A stretch of DNA of 41,501 bases, taken from contig PLXU01000043.1 of NCBI GenBank assembly GCA_003151555.1, positions 230 to 41,730 on the forward strand, read 5' to 3'. This DNA comes from Acidimicrobiaceae bacterium (GTDB taxonomy: Bacteria > Actinomycetota > Acidimicrobiia > Acidimicrobiales > RAAP-2). Both the position numbers and the translations under genes were made by a program. This document shows, piece by piece, positions 18,233-27,804 of this stretch. The notes beneath the pieces were generated by a model, which worked only from the letters and a program-made list of their open reading frames with translations, made no database searches and was not told the origin of the DNA. Each line of letters starts with the position of its first letter. Within the stretch, counting starts at the first letter, position 1.

Positions 18233-18978
18233 TGATGTCCGTCAATCCGATGCTCCTGGAGCTCGACGGCGTGTCCAAGCACTACGGCGGTGTCGCGGCC
18301 GTCGACCTGTGTTCCTTCTCGGTCGCCGAGCGGAGCATCACCGGCTTGATCGGTCCCAACGGATCGGGCAAGACGACGGTCTTCAACCTGATCTCGGGAT
18401 TCTCCAAGCCCGACGCGGGACAGATTCGCTTCGACGGCAAGGTTCTCAACGGCATGGCACCCGGTTCGATCTATCGAAAGGGCGTGTCACGCACCTTCCA
18501 GATGGCCCGGATCTTCCCGCGCCTGACCGCTTTAGAGAACTTGATGGTGCCGGTGCGCCGCAAGGGCCTCCAGGGGCTCATCTGGGGGTACAAGGGCGTC
18601 GGTGAGGTCGAGGCCGCGCGCGAGATGCTCCACAAACTCAGTGCGAGTCACGTCGCCGATGAACTCGTGGGTCGTCTCTCCTACGGCCAGCGCCGGCTCG
18701 TCGAACTGGGGACCCTGATGATGTCGCACCCGCGGATGGTCCTGCTGGACGAACCGGCGGCCGGCGTGCACCACAGCGTTCTGGAGACGCTCTCGCGTTA
18801 TATTCTCGACGCCCAGGGCGACGGTGTCACCTTCGTGATCGTCGAGCACAACCTCAACTTCGTCATGGACATCTGCCACCATGTTGTCGTCCTGGACCGG
18901 GGCCGCACGATCGCCGAGGGCGCCCCTGACGATATCGTCGATGACCAAGTTGTCGTCGACGCGTACCTGGGGGACTGA
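18229..18978 (+). CDS. ABC transporter ATP-binding protein (LivG-like)
   Basis: GPNGSGKT, RTFQ, LSYGQRR, LLDEP, VEHN, AYLG. Confidence 0.93.
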   Translation: MMMSVNPMLLELDGVSKHYGGVAAVDLCSFSVAERSITGLIGPNGSGKTTVFNLISGFSKPDAGQIRFDGKVLNGMAPGSIYRKGVSRTFQMARIFPRLTALENLMVPVRRKGLQGLIWGYKGVGEVEAAREMLHKLSASHVADELVGRLSYGQRRLVELGTLMMSHPRMVLLDEPAAGVHHSVLETLSRYILDAQGDGVTFVIVEHNLNFVMDICHHVVVLDRGRTIAEGAPDDIVDDQVVVDAYLGD

Positions 18979-18980
18979 CC

Positions 18981-19778
18981 GTGACCGCCATCCTCGAGAT
19001 CGACAACGCTTTTGCCGGTTACGGCGGAGGGAACATCTTGCGCGGACTCACCCTCAACGTCGAGGCGGGCAAGTTGACCTGTCTCGTCGGTCCCAATGGT
19101 GCGGGTAAGTCGACCGTGCTCAAGGTGGTCAGCGGCTTGCTTCACCCACGTAAGGGCGAAGTCCGTTTCCAGGGTCAGTCGATCGGCAAGATGAGTCCCC
19201 GCGCGATCCTGATGCAGGGGATCGTCCAGGTCCCCCAGGACCGGAGCCTTTTCTCGACAATGACGGTTCGGGAAAACGTCCTGCTGGGCGGCTTCACGCT
19301 GTCGCACCACGCCGAGAAGGAACAGCGCCTCGAAGAGGTCATGACGCGCTTCCCGATCGTGCGCGAGCGGGCCAAGGACACGGCGGGCTCGCTCTCGGGT
19401 GGCCAGCAGAAACTCGTCGAGTTCGCCCGGGCCATGATGCTCGACCCGAAGCTCTTGCTCGTCGACGAGCCGTCGATGGGACTGGAACCGCGCGTGCGCC
19501 GCCTGGTTTTTGACACGCTCCAAGAGCTTCGCGCCGAGGGCCGTACGATCCTGCTCGTCGAGCAGAACGCCCGGTCCGGACTCGAGATTGCCGACGTCGG
19601 CGTCGTGCTTGAGCGCGGCCAGGTGCGCCTGAAAGGCTCGGGGGCCGACATCCTCGCGGACCCAAGTGTGGGAGCGATCTACATGGGGACGTCAGGTCGT
19701 CTTAAGACGCGAGTCCAAGACGCGCCGGCACCGACGGGCAACGACGTCATCGAGTCTGCGCCAGACGGGGCCTCATGA
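18981..19778 (+). CDS. ABC transporter ATP-binding protein (LivF-like)
   Basis: GPNGAGKST, VPQDR, LSGGQQK, VDEPSMGL, VEQN. Confidence 0.93.
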   Translation: MTAILEIDNAFAGYGGGNILRGLTLNVEAGKLTCLVGPNGAGKSTVLKVVSGLLHPRKGEVRFQGQSIGKMSPRAILMQGIVQVPQDRSLFSTMTVRENVLLGGFTLSHHAEKEQRLEEVMTRFPIVRERAKDTAGSLSGGQQKLVEFARAMMLDPKLLLVDEPSMGLEPRVRRLVFDTLQELRAEGRTILLVEQNARSGLEIADVGVVLERGQVRLKGSGADILADPSVGAIYMGTSGRLKTRVQDAPAPTGNDVIESAPDGAS

Positions 19779-19824
19779 CGCGAACAGGCGGGACCACCCG
19801 CCGAGGAAGGAAGGCCGATACCAC

Positions 19825-20922
19825 ATGAGTGCGAACGTTCTAACGCGAGGTGACCCGGACCGGATGCTGATCTCGGTGGCGTCCCTGGGCGAAGAACCCG
19901 CGCCACGCTACGCCGACCTGGCACGACTGTGCGAGTTGATCGGCCTCGACGGACTGTTCCACTGTGACGAGAAGTGGACGCGTGACGTCTACGTGCGCCA
20001 AGGGGTAGCCGCGGCGCTCACCCACCGGATCGGATTGGGCATTTCGGTCACCGATCCCTTCACCCGCCACCCCGGTCTGACGGCTCAGGCCTGCGCCACA
20101 CTCAACGAGGCCTGCGGCGGACGCCTCACTGTCGTGATGGGCAAGGGTAGCCACTTCGAGTCACTGCCCGACGTCGTCACCGCCCGTCCGATCACGGCGA
20201 TGCGAGAGGCCATCCACGTAATGCGCGAGATGTGGAAGGGCGAGCGGGTCTATTTCAACGGTGAGGTCGTCAAGATCGACGGCGCCAAACTGGATTTCCC
20301 CCTCAGCACGCCGCCCAAGGTTTGGGTGGCCGGGCGCGGACCTCAGGTTCTGGGCATGGCGGGAGCCGTTGCCGACGGCGTACTGATGGGCAGCTTCGCC
20401 ACTTCAGTGGGGGTCAACTACGCGCGCGCCGAGATCGAGCGGGGCTTGGAGAAGTCCGGCCGGACGTGGGACGACATCACCCTGGCGTCGTGGGTCTACG
20501 TGAGCATCCTCGACCACGCCCACGACCCCATCCCCGACGACGCGCTTCGCGGCGTGAGCCACGGGCTGTGGAGCAGTCGCGACTTCTTCCGCCAGCACCT
20601 CGACGAGTTCGCCGACGACATCAGCGACGAGTTCCGCACGTTCATGGATGAGGCGCCCCATGAGTGGAGCCCGGAGATCATGAGCACGCTGCGCAGCCTC
20701 ATCCCCCGCGGCCTCTTCGACAGCCTGGCCATCGTGGGGACCGAGGAAACGGTGGCGGCCCGCGTGGCCGACCTGCGTGACGTCGGCGTGCAGCACTGTG
20801 TCATCTGGCCCTTCCCGCGGCCCTCTGAGGCGGTGGAGGATCTGACGATTCGAATCGGAAAGGTCCTGCTGCCCAGCATCGCTGAGACGAGGGCACTGGA
20901 CGACTACCAGAGGGTTGACTGA
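19825..20922 (+). CDS. LLM-class (luciferase-like, Mer-like) flavin/F420-dependent oxidoreductase
   Basis: IGLGISVTDPFTRHPGLTAQACATLNEACGGRL and VAGRGPQVLGMAGAVADGV; RBS GGAAGG before ATG 19825. Confidence 0.88.
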   Translation: MSANVLTRGDPDRMLISVASLGEEPAPRYADLARLCELIGLDGLFHCDEKWTRDVYVRQGVAAALTHRIGLGISVTDPFTRHPGLTAQACATLNEACGGRLTVVMGKGSHFESLPDVVTARPITAMREAIHVMREMWKGERVYFNGEVVKIDGAKLDFPLSTPPKVWVAGRGPQVLGMAGAVADGVLMGSFATSVGVNYARAEIERGLEKSGRTWDDITLASWVYVSILDHAHDPIPDDALRGVSHGLWSSRDFFRQHLDEFADDISDEFRTFMDEAPHEWSPEIMSTLRSLIPRGLFDSLAIVGTEETVAARVADLRDVGVQHCVIWPFPRPSEAVEDLTIRIGKVLLPSIAETRALDDYQRVD

Positions 20923-21000
20923 CCTCGGTCCCGCGCCCTGAGGACGTGCGAGATTTGGGTGATGATGTTGCTGCGACGACGCGAACGGAGACGATGAGAC

Positions 21001-23937
21001 GTGAATGATCTGACGGGACCGACCCCCGCGGGCGCCACGGCGTACGTTCACCCGGCACCGACCGGTGACGTGCACGCGGTGAGCGTCTCGATCGACGGCG
21101 TGCGCCACGAACTCTCGGTGGAGTCGCGCGAGAGCCTCTGGGAGACCCTTGTCTACCGGCTCGGACACGGCGGGGCCAATCTGGGGTGTGACCGAGCCCA
21201 GTGCGGGATCTGCAATGTCGTCATCGACGGGCGCAGTGTGAACAGCTGTGCGGTGCTGACAGCGCGTCTGTCCGGCAAGTCGATTACCACGGTGACGGGC
21301 CTCTCTTCGGGCCCCAAGGTCTCGGACCTGCACCCTCTGCAGCGCGCCTTCTGGGAGGAGGGCGCCTTCCAGTGTGGCATCTGCACCAAGGGCTTCCTCA
21401 TGACCTCGCACGCGCTCTTGGAGAGGAACCCCGATCCCACTGACGACGAGATCCTCGCTGCCTTGAGCGGGGTCCTATGTCGCTGTGGCGAGCAGGCGCG
21501 CATCGTGCTCGCCGTGAAACGGGCGGCGCTCGAGATGCGCACCGGTGCGGTGGTCGCGCCCGAGGGTTCGCTGCCCCACACCAGCGAGACCTCTCTCATG
21601 CCGCACACGTCAGAGGTCATCGGCGCGCGTATCCCGCGGATCCACGGGATGGGGAGTGTGACTGACGAGGGTCAGTACCTCAGCTTGATGACGCTGCCCG
21701 GCATGGTCTTCGTTCGCATGCTGCGCTCGCCGTATCCGCGGGCGCGGATCGTGAGCGTTGATACGAGGGCGGCTGAACAGGTGCCCGGCGTGGTCGCCGT
21801 CGTGCACCACTTCAACATGCCCGAGCCCTACGCCAGCACCGTGATCGAGGGTCCGCCGTATCGGTACCTGCTTGGTCGAGACCTGGTGCAGGTCGGGATG
21901 CCGGTGGCGGTCGTCGCGGCTGAATCGGAGCACATCGCCGACGACGCCCTCGCGCTCATCGAGGTGGAGTACGAGGTCCTCGAGCCCACCCTCGACTACC
22001 TCAACACAGCCACGGCCCCTCCCCAGTGGGACAACCACTTGCCCGGCACGATCCGCAACGTCATCCCACCGGTGGTGGTCGGCGAGCCGGACCAGGCCCT
22101 GGAGCACGCCGACGTGCTTATCGAGAACGTCACCACCACGCCGTACGAGCAACACGTGCCTCTGGAACTGCGCACCGGCCTCTACTTCTGGGAGGGCGAC
22201 AACCTCGTCACGTACCAGACGACCCACCGGACGTTCGACGCGCGTAGAGAGCTCGCGCGGTGGCTCAACCTCGAACTGGATCAGGTTCGCCTGATCCAAA
22301 CCGGGTTCATGGGGTCCTCCTACGGATCGGCCGACCACCTCATCGAGGAGGTCGTGTTGCCCGCGGTGCTATCTAAGATCACCGGACGACCCGTTCGCTC
22401 CACGCTTACGCGCGAGGAGAGTTTCCTCACGTCCGCACACCGCGGGCGCACCTGGACCAAAGTGAAAATGGGCGTGAACCGAGACGGTGTCATCCAGGGC
22501 GTCGCAGTGGACGTTGTTTACGACGGCGGGACGAACGCGGGCACCCCGGCGAGCGCCGCGGCGTCACCGGGCTTGAGCGGGGTGGGCGTGCGAGGTGGTT
22601 GGTACGTCTTCCAGATTCTCTACTCGTACCTCAGCCAGAAGTACGAGGGCATAGAGGTCTGGACGAACAGCTTGCGCGCCGGTCCGATGCGCGGCGTGGG
22701 TCGCATGTTCGGGCTCTTCGCCCTGGAGACGTCGATGGAGAAGGCGGCCTACGGCATCGGCATGGACCCATTGGCATTCCGCCTGAGGAACCTCAACGAG
22801 ACCGGCGCGGTGTTCGATGAAATCTCCGGTACCCAGCCCGGGCTGCCGTTCGGCCGGGTAGGTGGCCAACGCGCGTCGCTCGAGCGCGCGGCCGAACTGA
22901 TTGAGTGGGCGGACCTCTGGCGTCCGCCGCGCGGGCGCGAGGTCCGTCCGGGCGTCTTTCGCGGGCTGGGCATCGTCTCGACGCTCGACCGCGGGGGTGG
23001 CCGACAGGGCGGCGCCCCGTCGGACGCGCCGCCGCCGCCCTCCACCGCACAGGTCCTCTTGCACCCCGACGGCACGCTCGAAGTCCTCTCGGGCAGCACC
23101 GAGGTTGGATCGGGCCAGCGCACGCTCATGGCGATGATCGCCGCCCAGGTGACTGGTATCACGCTGGACCGCGTCGTAATCAACCCGGGCGTGGATACCG
23201 GGATCAATACCGACACCGGCCCGACCAACTCGTCACTGCAGACCAACGTCTCGGGCTGGGCCGTTCTCGAAGCTTCCGAACTGCTCAAGAGCGCCCTCGT
23301 CGACCACGCGGCTCGGGCGATGACAGATCTGGGGTTCGATCCTGCGCACGAGGCTCTCGACGTGCGCGACGGCTGGGTGTTCGTCACGGACCGTGACGAA
23401 GTCCGTTGCTCCGTGGATGACGTCGTCGCCAATCTCAGCGAGCCTCTGCACGCCGAGAGCGACCGTCGACGCAAACTCACCGAAGAGTCAGTGGCCGTCG
23501 GCGCTCACGCGGTCGAGGTCGAGGTCGACACCGCGACGGGCGGCATTGAGATCGTGCGCTATGTCGCCGTGCACGACGTCGGCAAGGCGCTGAACCGCAT
23601 GGCGCTCGACCAACAGGTCGAAGGTGGGATCGTCATGGGTATTGGCGGAGCACTGCATGAAGAGCTGATCGTCGATGAGGTCACTGGCATCCTCGTGAAC
23701 CCCAACATCCTCGACTACAAGGTGCCGTCGCTCTACGAGGTCCCGCTCTTCATCGTTGACCTCGTAGAGATCCCCCAGGATTACGGCCCGTTCGGAGCGG
23801 TGGCCATCGGACAGGCCTCGACGCCGCCGGTCGCGCCGGTGTTGGCCAACGCGCTGTACAACGCAGTCGGCGTTTGGGTCACCGACCTGCCGCTGTCGCG
23901 CAATCGGGTCCTCGACGCACTCGGTGGCCGGGCGTGA
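21001..23937 (+). CDS. Xanthine-dehydrogenase-family molybdopterin subunit with fused N-terminal 2x[2Fe-2S] domain
   Basis: GCDRAQCGIC..NSC and QCGIC..CRC Fe-S motifs; LRSPYPRARI, QHVPLE, PMRGVG, EVGSG, HDVGKALN, QVEGG, DYKVP, PFGA. Confidence 0.92.
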   Translation: MNDLTGPTPAGATAYVHPAPTGDVHAVSVSIDGVRHELSVESRESLWETLVYRLGHGGANLGCDRAQCGICNVVIDGRSVNSCAVLTARLSGKSITTVTGLSSGPKVSDLHPLQRAFWEEGAFQCGICTKGFLMTSHALLERNPDPTDDEILAALSGVLCRCGEQARIVLAVKRAALEMRTGAVVAPEGSLPHTSETSLMPHTSEVIGARIPRIHGMGSVTDEGQYLSLMTLPGMVFVRMLRSPYPRARIVSVDTRAAEQVPGVVAVVHHFNMPEPYASTVIEGPPYRYLLGRDLVQVGMPVAVVAAESEHIADDALALIEVEYEVLEPTLDYLNTATAPPQWDNHLPGTIRNVIPPVVVGEPDQALEHADVLIENVTTTPYEQHVPLELRTGLYFWEGDNLVTYQTTHRTFDARRELARWLNLELDQVRLIQTGFMGSSYGSADHLIEEVVLPAVLSKITGRPVRSTLTREESFLTSAHRGRTWTKVKMGVNRDGVIQGVAVDVVYDGGTNAGTPASAAASPGLSGVGVRGGWYVFQILYSYLSQKYEGIEVWTNSLRAGPMRGVGRMFGLFALETSMEKAAYGIGMDPLAFRLRNLNETGAVFDEISGTQPGLPFGRVGGQRASLERAAELIEWADLWRPPRGREVRPGVFRGLGIVSTLDRGGGRQGGAPSDAPPPPSTAQVLLHPDGTLEVLSGSTEVGSGQRTLMAMIAAQVTGITLDRVVINPGVDTGINTDTGPTNSSLQTNVSGWAVLEASELLKSALVDHAARAMTDLGFDPAHEALDVRDGWVFVTDRDEVRCSVDDVVANLSEPLHAESDRRRKLTEESVAVGAHAVEVEVDTATGGIEIVRYVAVHDVGKALNRMALDQQVEGGIVMGIGGALHEELIVDEVTGILVNPNILDYKVPSLYEVPLFIVDLVEIPQDYGPFGAVAIGQASTPPVAPVLANALYNAVGVWVTDLPLSRNRVLDALGGRA

Positions 23938-24959
23938 AGCGCTTCATCCTGCGCCAACCGGCGGACCTCGGCGACGCCCTGGGCATCTTGCACGAACAGG
24001 GACTCAACGCGCGACCCCTGGCCGGCGGGACCGACATCGTGGTCGGTGTGATGCGTGACCAGCTCGTGGGCAAAGGAATGCCGTACCCCGGTGAGTTGGT
24101 CGACCTGACGACCGTGCCGAGTCTGGCGGGGGTGCGCGTCGACGATGGCGGGTGCGCGATCGGCGCGACGACGACGTTGGTGGACATCGTCGAGCACGCG
24201 GACCTGGCGAGGTTCTGGCCCATGCTCGTCGAGGCCGCCGCCGCCGTGGCGACCCCCGAGATCCGCTCGATCGCCACGCTCGGGGGCAACATCCACCAGC
24301 GGCCACGGTGCTGGTTCTTCCGTAACAAAGACTTCGACTGCATCAAGAAAGGCGGCGAGGTCTGCTACGCGGTCAAGGGCGATAACCGCTACAACGCCAT
24401 CGTCGGCGGACACCTGTGTTACATCGTGCATCCGTCGGACTTGGCGGTGGCGCTCTTGGCTCTGGGTGCCAATGCCCGGGTGGCGTCAAAGGACGCCGAG
24501 CGTGTCGTGGCCTTCGACGACTACTTCGTCAGCCCGCGTGAGAACCTCCAAGCCGAGACCGTGCTGCGCCCCGACGAGATCCTCACCGAGGTCCGGGTGC
24601 CGTACGCCTCTCCCGGGACGTTTCACGCCTTTGAGAAGTTCAACGATAAGGGTCTGCCGACGTGGGACTTCGCCCAGGTCTCGGTTGCGGTGGCCGCCCA
24701 TGTCGTCGACGGCGTCTGGCAGTCAGGCCGCATTGTCCTGGGTGGCGTGGCACCGGTGCCCTATCGCGCGACGGTCGTGGAAGAGGCTCTCGACGGAAAG
24801 GACATCGATGGTGCCCTTGTCGAAGCGTGCGCCGCGTTCCGCACGGTGACTCGACCAATGAGTCACAACGACTACAAGGTGGACCTGGCCGTCGTTGTGC
24901 TCGAGCGCGCAATCCGCAAAGCGCTGGAGCGTCCGTCCACGCCTACGGGGGAGTCGTGA
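23934..24959 (+). CDS. Xanthine-dehydrogenase-family FAD-binding subunit with a four-Cys [4Fe-4S] insertion (PaoB/YagS or HcrB type)
   Basis: LAGGTD, IRSIATLGGN, QRPRCWFFR..C.KKGG..C...CYIVHPSD, LGGVAPVPYR; GTGA overlap with the Mo subunit. Confidence 0.9.
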   Translation: MKRFILRQPADLGDALGILHEQGLNARPLAGGTDIVVGVMRDQLVGKGMPYPGELVDLTTVPSLAGVRVDDGGCAIGATTTLVDIVEHADLARFWPMLVEAAAAVATPEIRSIATLGGNIHQRPRCWFFRNKDFDCIKKGGEVCYAVKGDNRYNAIVGGHLCYIVHPSDLAVALLALGANARVASKDAERVVAFDDYFVSPRENLQAETVLRPDEILTEVRVPYASPGTFHAFEKFNDKGLPTWDFAQVSVAVAAHVVDGVWQSGRIVLGGVAPVPYRATVVEEALDGKDIDGALVEACAAFRTVTRPMSHNDYKVDLAVVVLERAIRKALERPSTPTGES

Positions 24960-25008
24960 GCGTGTTGGTGCACCCGGCCCGGGCGACCGGCCAAGCACAG
25001 AGGTGGCT

Positions 25009-25449
25009 GTGAAGATCGCCAACGCGCATCGAGACGACAGTCTGTCGGCCTCGTGGTTCCAGTTCAACCAGCGACTTCGCCTGGCGCTGAACCGGGCCGG
25101 CTACATCGGCCAGATTGACCTCGTGCGACTCAGTGACGTGGCGCGCGACGTCGACGTGCTCGTGGTGGCTCCGGATCTGATTGACGAGGCGCGTTCCTCT
25201 GTCGGCGACGCCGTCCACGTCGTCGCCCTGGCTCCTAAGGACGCTGAGGCGTTGTCGGTATTCGTCACGCAGATCGTTGCCGACGCTGGTGCCGAGATCG
25301 TGCCTCAGGACGCGAGGACAGTGGTGCGCCACCGCGGTTTTCAACTGGTCGCGACCCGGATCGTGGTCGATCCGTTGCCCGAGGTCAAATCCTCTGCGAA
25401 GCCTGATCCATTGTCTCAACTAAAACCACCGGATGGAGAGGGCGGTTGA
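25009..25449 (+). CDS. Hypothetical protein, probable last gene of the Mo-enzyme operon
   Basis: Open frame with GC-rich codon style, AGAGG upstream and an alternating alpha/beta pattern; no recognised motif; start uncertain (25003 or 25009). Confidence 0.55.
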   Translation: MKIANAHRDDSLSASWFQFNQRLRLALNRAGYIGQIDLVRLSDVARDVDVLVVAPDLIDEARSSVGDAVHVVALAPKDAEALSVFVTQIVADAGAEIVPQDARTVVRHRGFQLVATRIVVDPLPEVKSSAKPDPLSQLKPPDGEGG

Positions 25450-25544
25450 AGGACTGGCGTGCGGCCATGCACCTCGGGATACCTTCGCCGTGTAGATCCC
25501 ATGAGATTTGTCCGAATGAGTTCAACAACGAGGGTCTGGCGATG

Positions 25545-25641
25545 TGGGACGGATCGGCTGTGGAGTGGACACCGTAAGTAGATACGTAGTCCGCGTGAAT
25601 ACTAAGTCTCACTGGCTGTCCACTCAATTGGGTAAAGCCCA
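25545..25641. mobile_element. Possible IS3-family-derived remnant (juxtaposed terminal inverted repeats, no transposase)
   Basis: TGGG...GAGTGGACA (25563-25571) and TGTCCACTC...CCCA (25617-25641) resemble IS3-type TG...AGTGGACA ends; no target duplication seen. Confidence 0.3.
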
Positions 25642-25643
25642 GT

Positions 25644-25655
25644 TGGAGCGGGCGA
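25644..25655 (-). repeat. 12-bp exact copy of the tRNA-Gly 3' end (candidate distal att site)
   Basis: TGGAGCGGGCGA is identical to 37769-37780, in the same orientation and at a gene-content boundary. Confidence 0.5.
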
Positions 25656-25698
25656 TCATCGCACGTGCGAATCAAGGGGCTGGACTACAGTCAACCGC

Positions 25699-26580
25699 AT
25701 GCCGAGACGTGCTTCGATCGTCATTCCAGCGTATAACGAAGAAACACGGATCCGCGGCCTCCTGGAGACACTTTCCGACCCCTCGATCTCGGGTGCCTAC
25801 GACGTTTACGTGGTTTGCAATGGATGCACTGACGCAACGCGTCAAGTGGCCGAGCAGTACGCGGGGGTGGTGGTGGTCGAGATTGCCAAGGGAGGAAAAT
25901 ACTTGGCACTAAACGAAGGCGACCGTCTCGCTGGTGACGTTTTTCCGAGGCTCTACTGCGATGCCGATATTCGATTGTCCCCAGCTTCGGTTACCGCACT
26001 CGTCGACGCGCTCACCACAGACGATGTCATGGTCGCGGCGCCCGAGGTTCACTACGCTATCGAGGAATCGAAATGGATGGTGAAAATGTTCATGCGTGGC
26101 GCCGGGAACCCTGTCATCGCTCGGTGGAATAGCGGTCTCATGGCCGGACGGGGGCTCTATGGCGCCAGTCGCGCGGCGCGACGTCGCTTCGAATTGTTCC
26201 CCGCCTTGTACGCCGACGACCTGTATTTTGACGCGCAATTCGGCCCAACGGAGAAAATCGTTTTACCAAACGTCATCGTGGCGGCTTGGGTCCCAGCCAG
26301 CCTTCGTCAACTGATCAAAGGGGAGGTCAGGGTCGCGGAGGGGAATAGGCAGTATCGAGTCGCCGAGCACGTTGAAGGTGGCACTACTGACCACGCCACG
26401 GTGCACCGCGACCGATTCGAACGCAGCGTACGGGATCGGGTCATGCCGCTCTGGAGTGGTCGGCGAGAACTGCATGGCCGTGACGTCGTACCTCTCCTGT
26501 TCTACTTTGGTATCCGCACGGCAACGAAGATGATCTTGATCGTCAAGAGATTGCAAGGACGCGAGATCCACTGGCGCTGA
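25699..26580 (+). CDS. Glycosyltransferase family 2
   Basis: SIVIPAYNEE, VCNGCTDAT, DAD motif, ADD; TACAGT 7 nt upstream suggests a leaderless transcript. Confidence 0.9.
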   Translation: MPRRASIVIPAYNEETRIRGLLETLSDPSISGAYDVYVVCNGCTDATRQVAEQYAGVVVVEIAKGGKYLALNEGDRLAGDVFPRLYCDADIRLSPASVTALVDALTTDDVMVAAPEVHYAIEESKWMVKMFMRGAGNPVIARWNSGLMAGRGLYGASRAARRRFELFPALYADDLYFDAQFGPTEKIVLPNVIVAAWVPASLRQLIKGEVRVAEGNRQYRVAEHVEGGTTDHATVHRDRFERSVRDRVMPLWSGRRELHGRDVVPLLFYFGIRTATKMILIVKRLQGREIHWR

Positions 26581-26735
26581 GCCAGGTGACAGCTCTGTTC
26601 TCGGGCCATGGACACGCGTAATAGTTCGGTGTTCCCATTCGATTCGACCGCCCGCTTTTTCGCGCCACCAGTGCCCGTTGTCGTCTTTGAGTTCGTGCCA
26701 GTCCAGCGAGAATCATCATTGAAGCTTGTACAAAC

Positions 26736-27434
26736 TTAGGAAAGAGTCTCCACGCGCCAAAATCGTTCTCCTCCACGCATCGTCGCGTCGAAACTCTTAC
26801 GGAAGTTCCTTCGGGTCGGGTCGTACTGTGACGCATAGAGGCGCACCGCGCGCTCCTTGATGCCGTGCTCGCCGTCGAACGAATCGAACTCTACGAGTTG
26901 GACGTGTTGGCTGAGTTTCGCCAGGCGCTTCAGTAGCACTCTTCGATTCGCCAATCCGTACGGCAAGTCCATGTAGAGGTACCACGCCACGGGCGAATTG
27001 ACCGCGAGCTCAATGCACGCGTCGCTCACGGCCAGATGATCAGAATGCATTAACCCGAGCGGCGCGAAGATGGACGCAGGACGCGTTTCGTCGAGCACCC
27101 GAGCGATCTCGTCATGAATCACGTCAACGTAGTCTCTCGGTGGCCGGTACTCGCCGTAGTCGGCGTCAAGCAAGTCCAGCCACACCGGCGTCGCACCCAG
27201 GTACTCCACTGCCTTGCGGTCTTCGTCCCTTCGAACGCTGATCGCGTCCGGCGCGTACGGCTTTCCGGTGGTCTTGCTGTTATAACCCTCGTGAAATATT
27301 TCGGGTGCGCCAGCCAAGACGGTCACCACGGTGGTCGAGGGGTTCGCGTACAAGAAGTAACCGCACGAGAGCACCGCGTCGTCTAAGTGCGGTGAAAGTA
27401 CCAATACCGGTTGGGCAGGCTCAAGCTTCGACAC
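26736..27434 (-). CDS. PIG-L/LmbE family deacetylase
   Basis: LSPHLDDAVLSCG, RRDED, HSDH, YASQ motifs. Confidence 0.9.
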   Translation of the reverse strand: MSKLEPAQPVLVLSPHLDDAVLSCGYFLYANPSTTVVTVLAGAPEIFHEGYNSKTTGKPYAPDAISVRRDEDRKAVEYLGATPVWLDLLDADYGEYRPPRDYVDVIHDEIARVLDETRPASIFAPLGLMHSDHLAVSDACIELAVNSPVAWYLYMDLPYGLANRRVLLKRLAKLSQHVQLVEFDSFDGEHGIKERAVRLYASQYDPTRRNFRKSFDATMRGGERFWRVETLS

Positions 27435-27804
27435 CTACTCGTCATACCCCTTGAACGATGCCTGGCTCGCGGCTCGTGCGGTCTCGGTCCTCGCGCGTCG
27501 ACAGTCACCACCTTGGAGGGCAATCACCTTGGCCGACCGAAACGCCGAGGAACTCTTGACCACATCAATGCCAGCCCCCCGCCGCAGTCGACTCCTTAGT
27601 CGCCGAATCCTAGGCCATTCTCATCGAGCGGTCACGAAACTTCACTCACATGCCTTCACGGCCACGAAATCCAGCGCCGTCGGCCGACGTAGCGACTCCT
27701 CGCCGTCGATCCGACGACCAACGCCGCCGATTAGAGGTCCGAGACGAGAGACGCGGTCGGGCTGGTTCAGGGCTGGCGCGGATGAGGTCAGTTATAATGA
27801 GGGG

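Noticed and set aside
27451-27804. Arg/Ser-rich N-terminal extension of the NTase-2H ORF
   Set aside because: Low-complexity translation of the divergent intergenic region; TATAAT immediately before ATG 27805 marks the likelier start.
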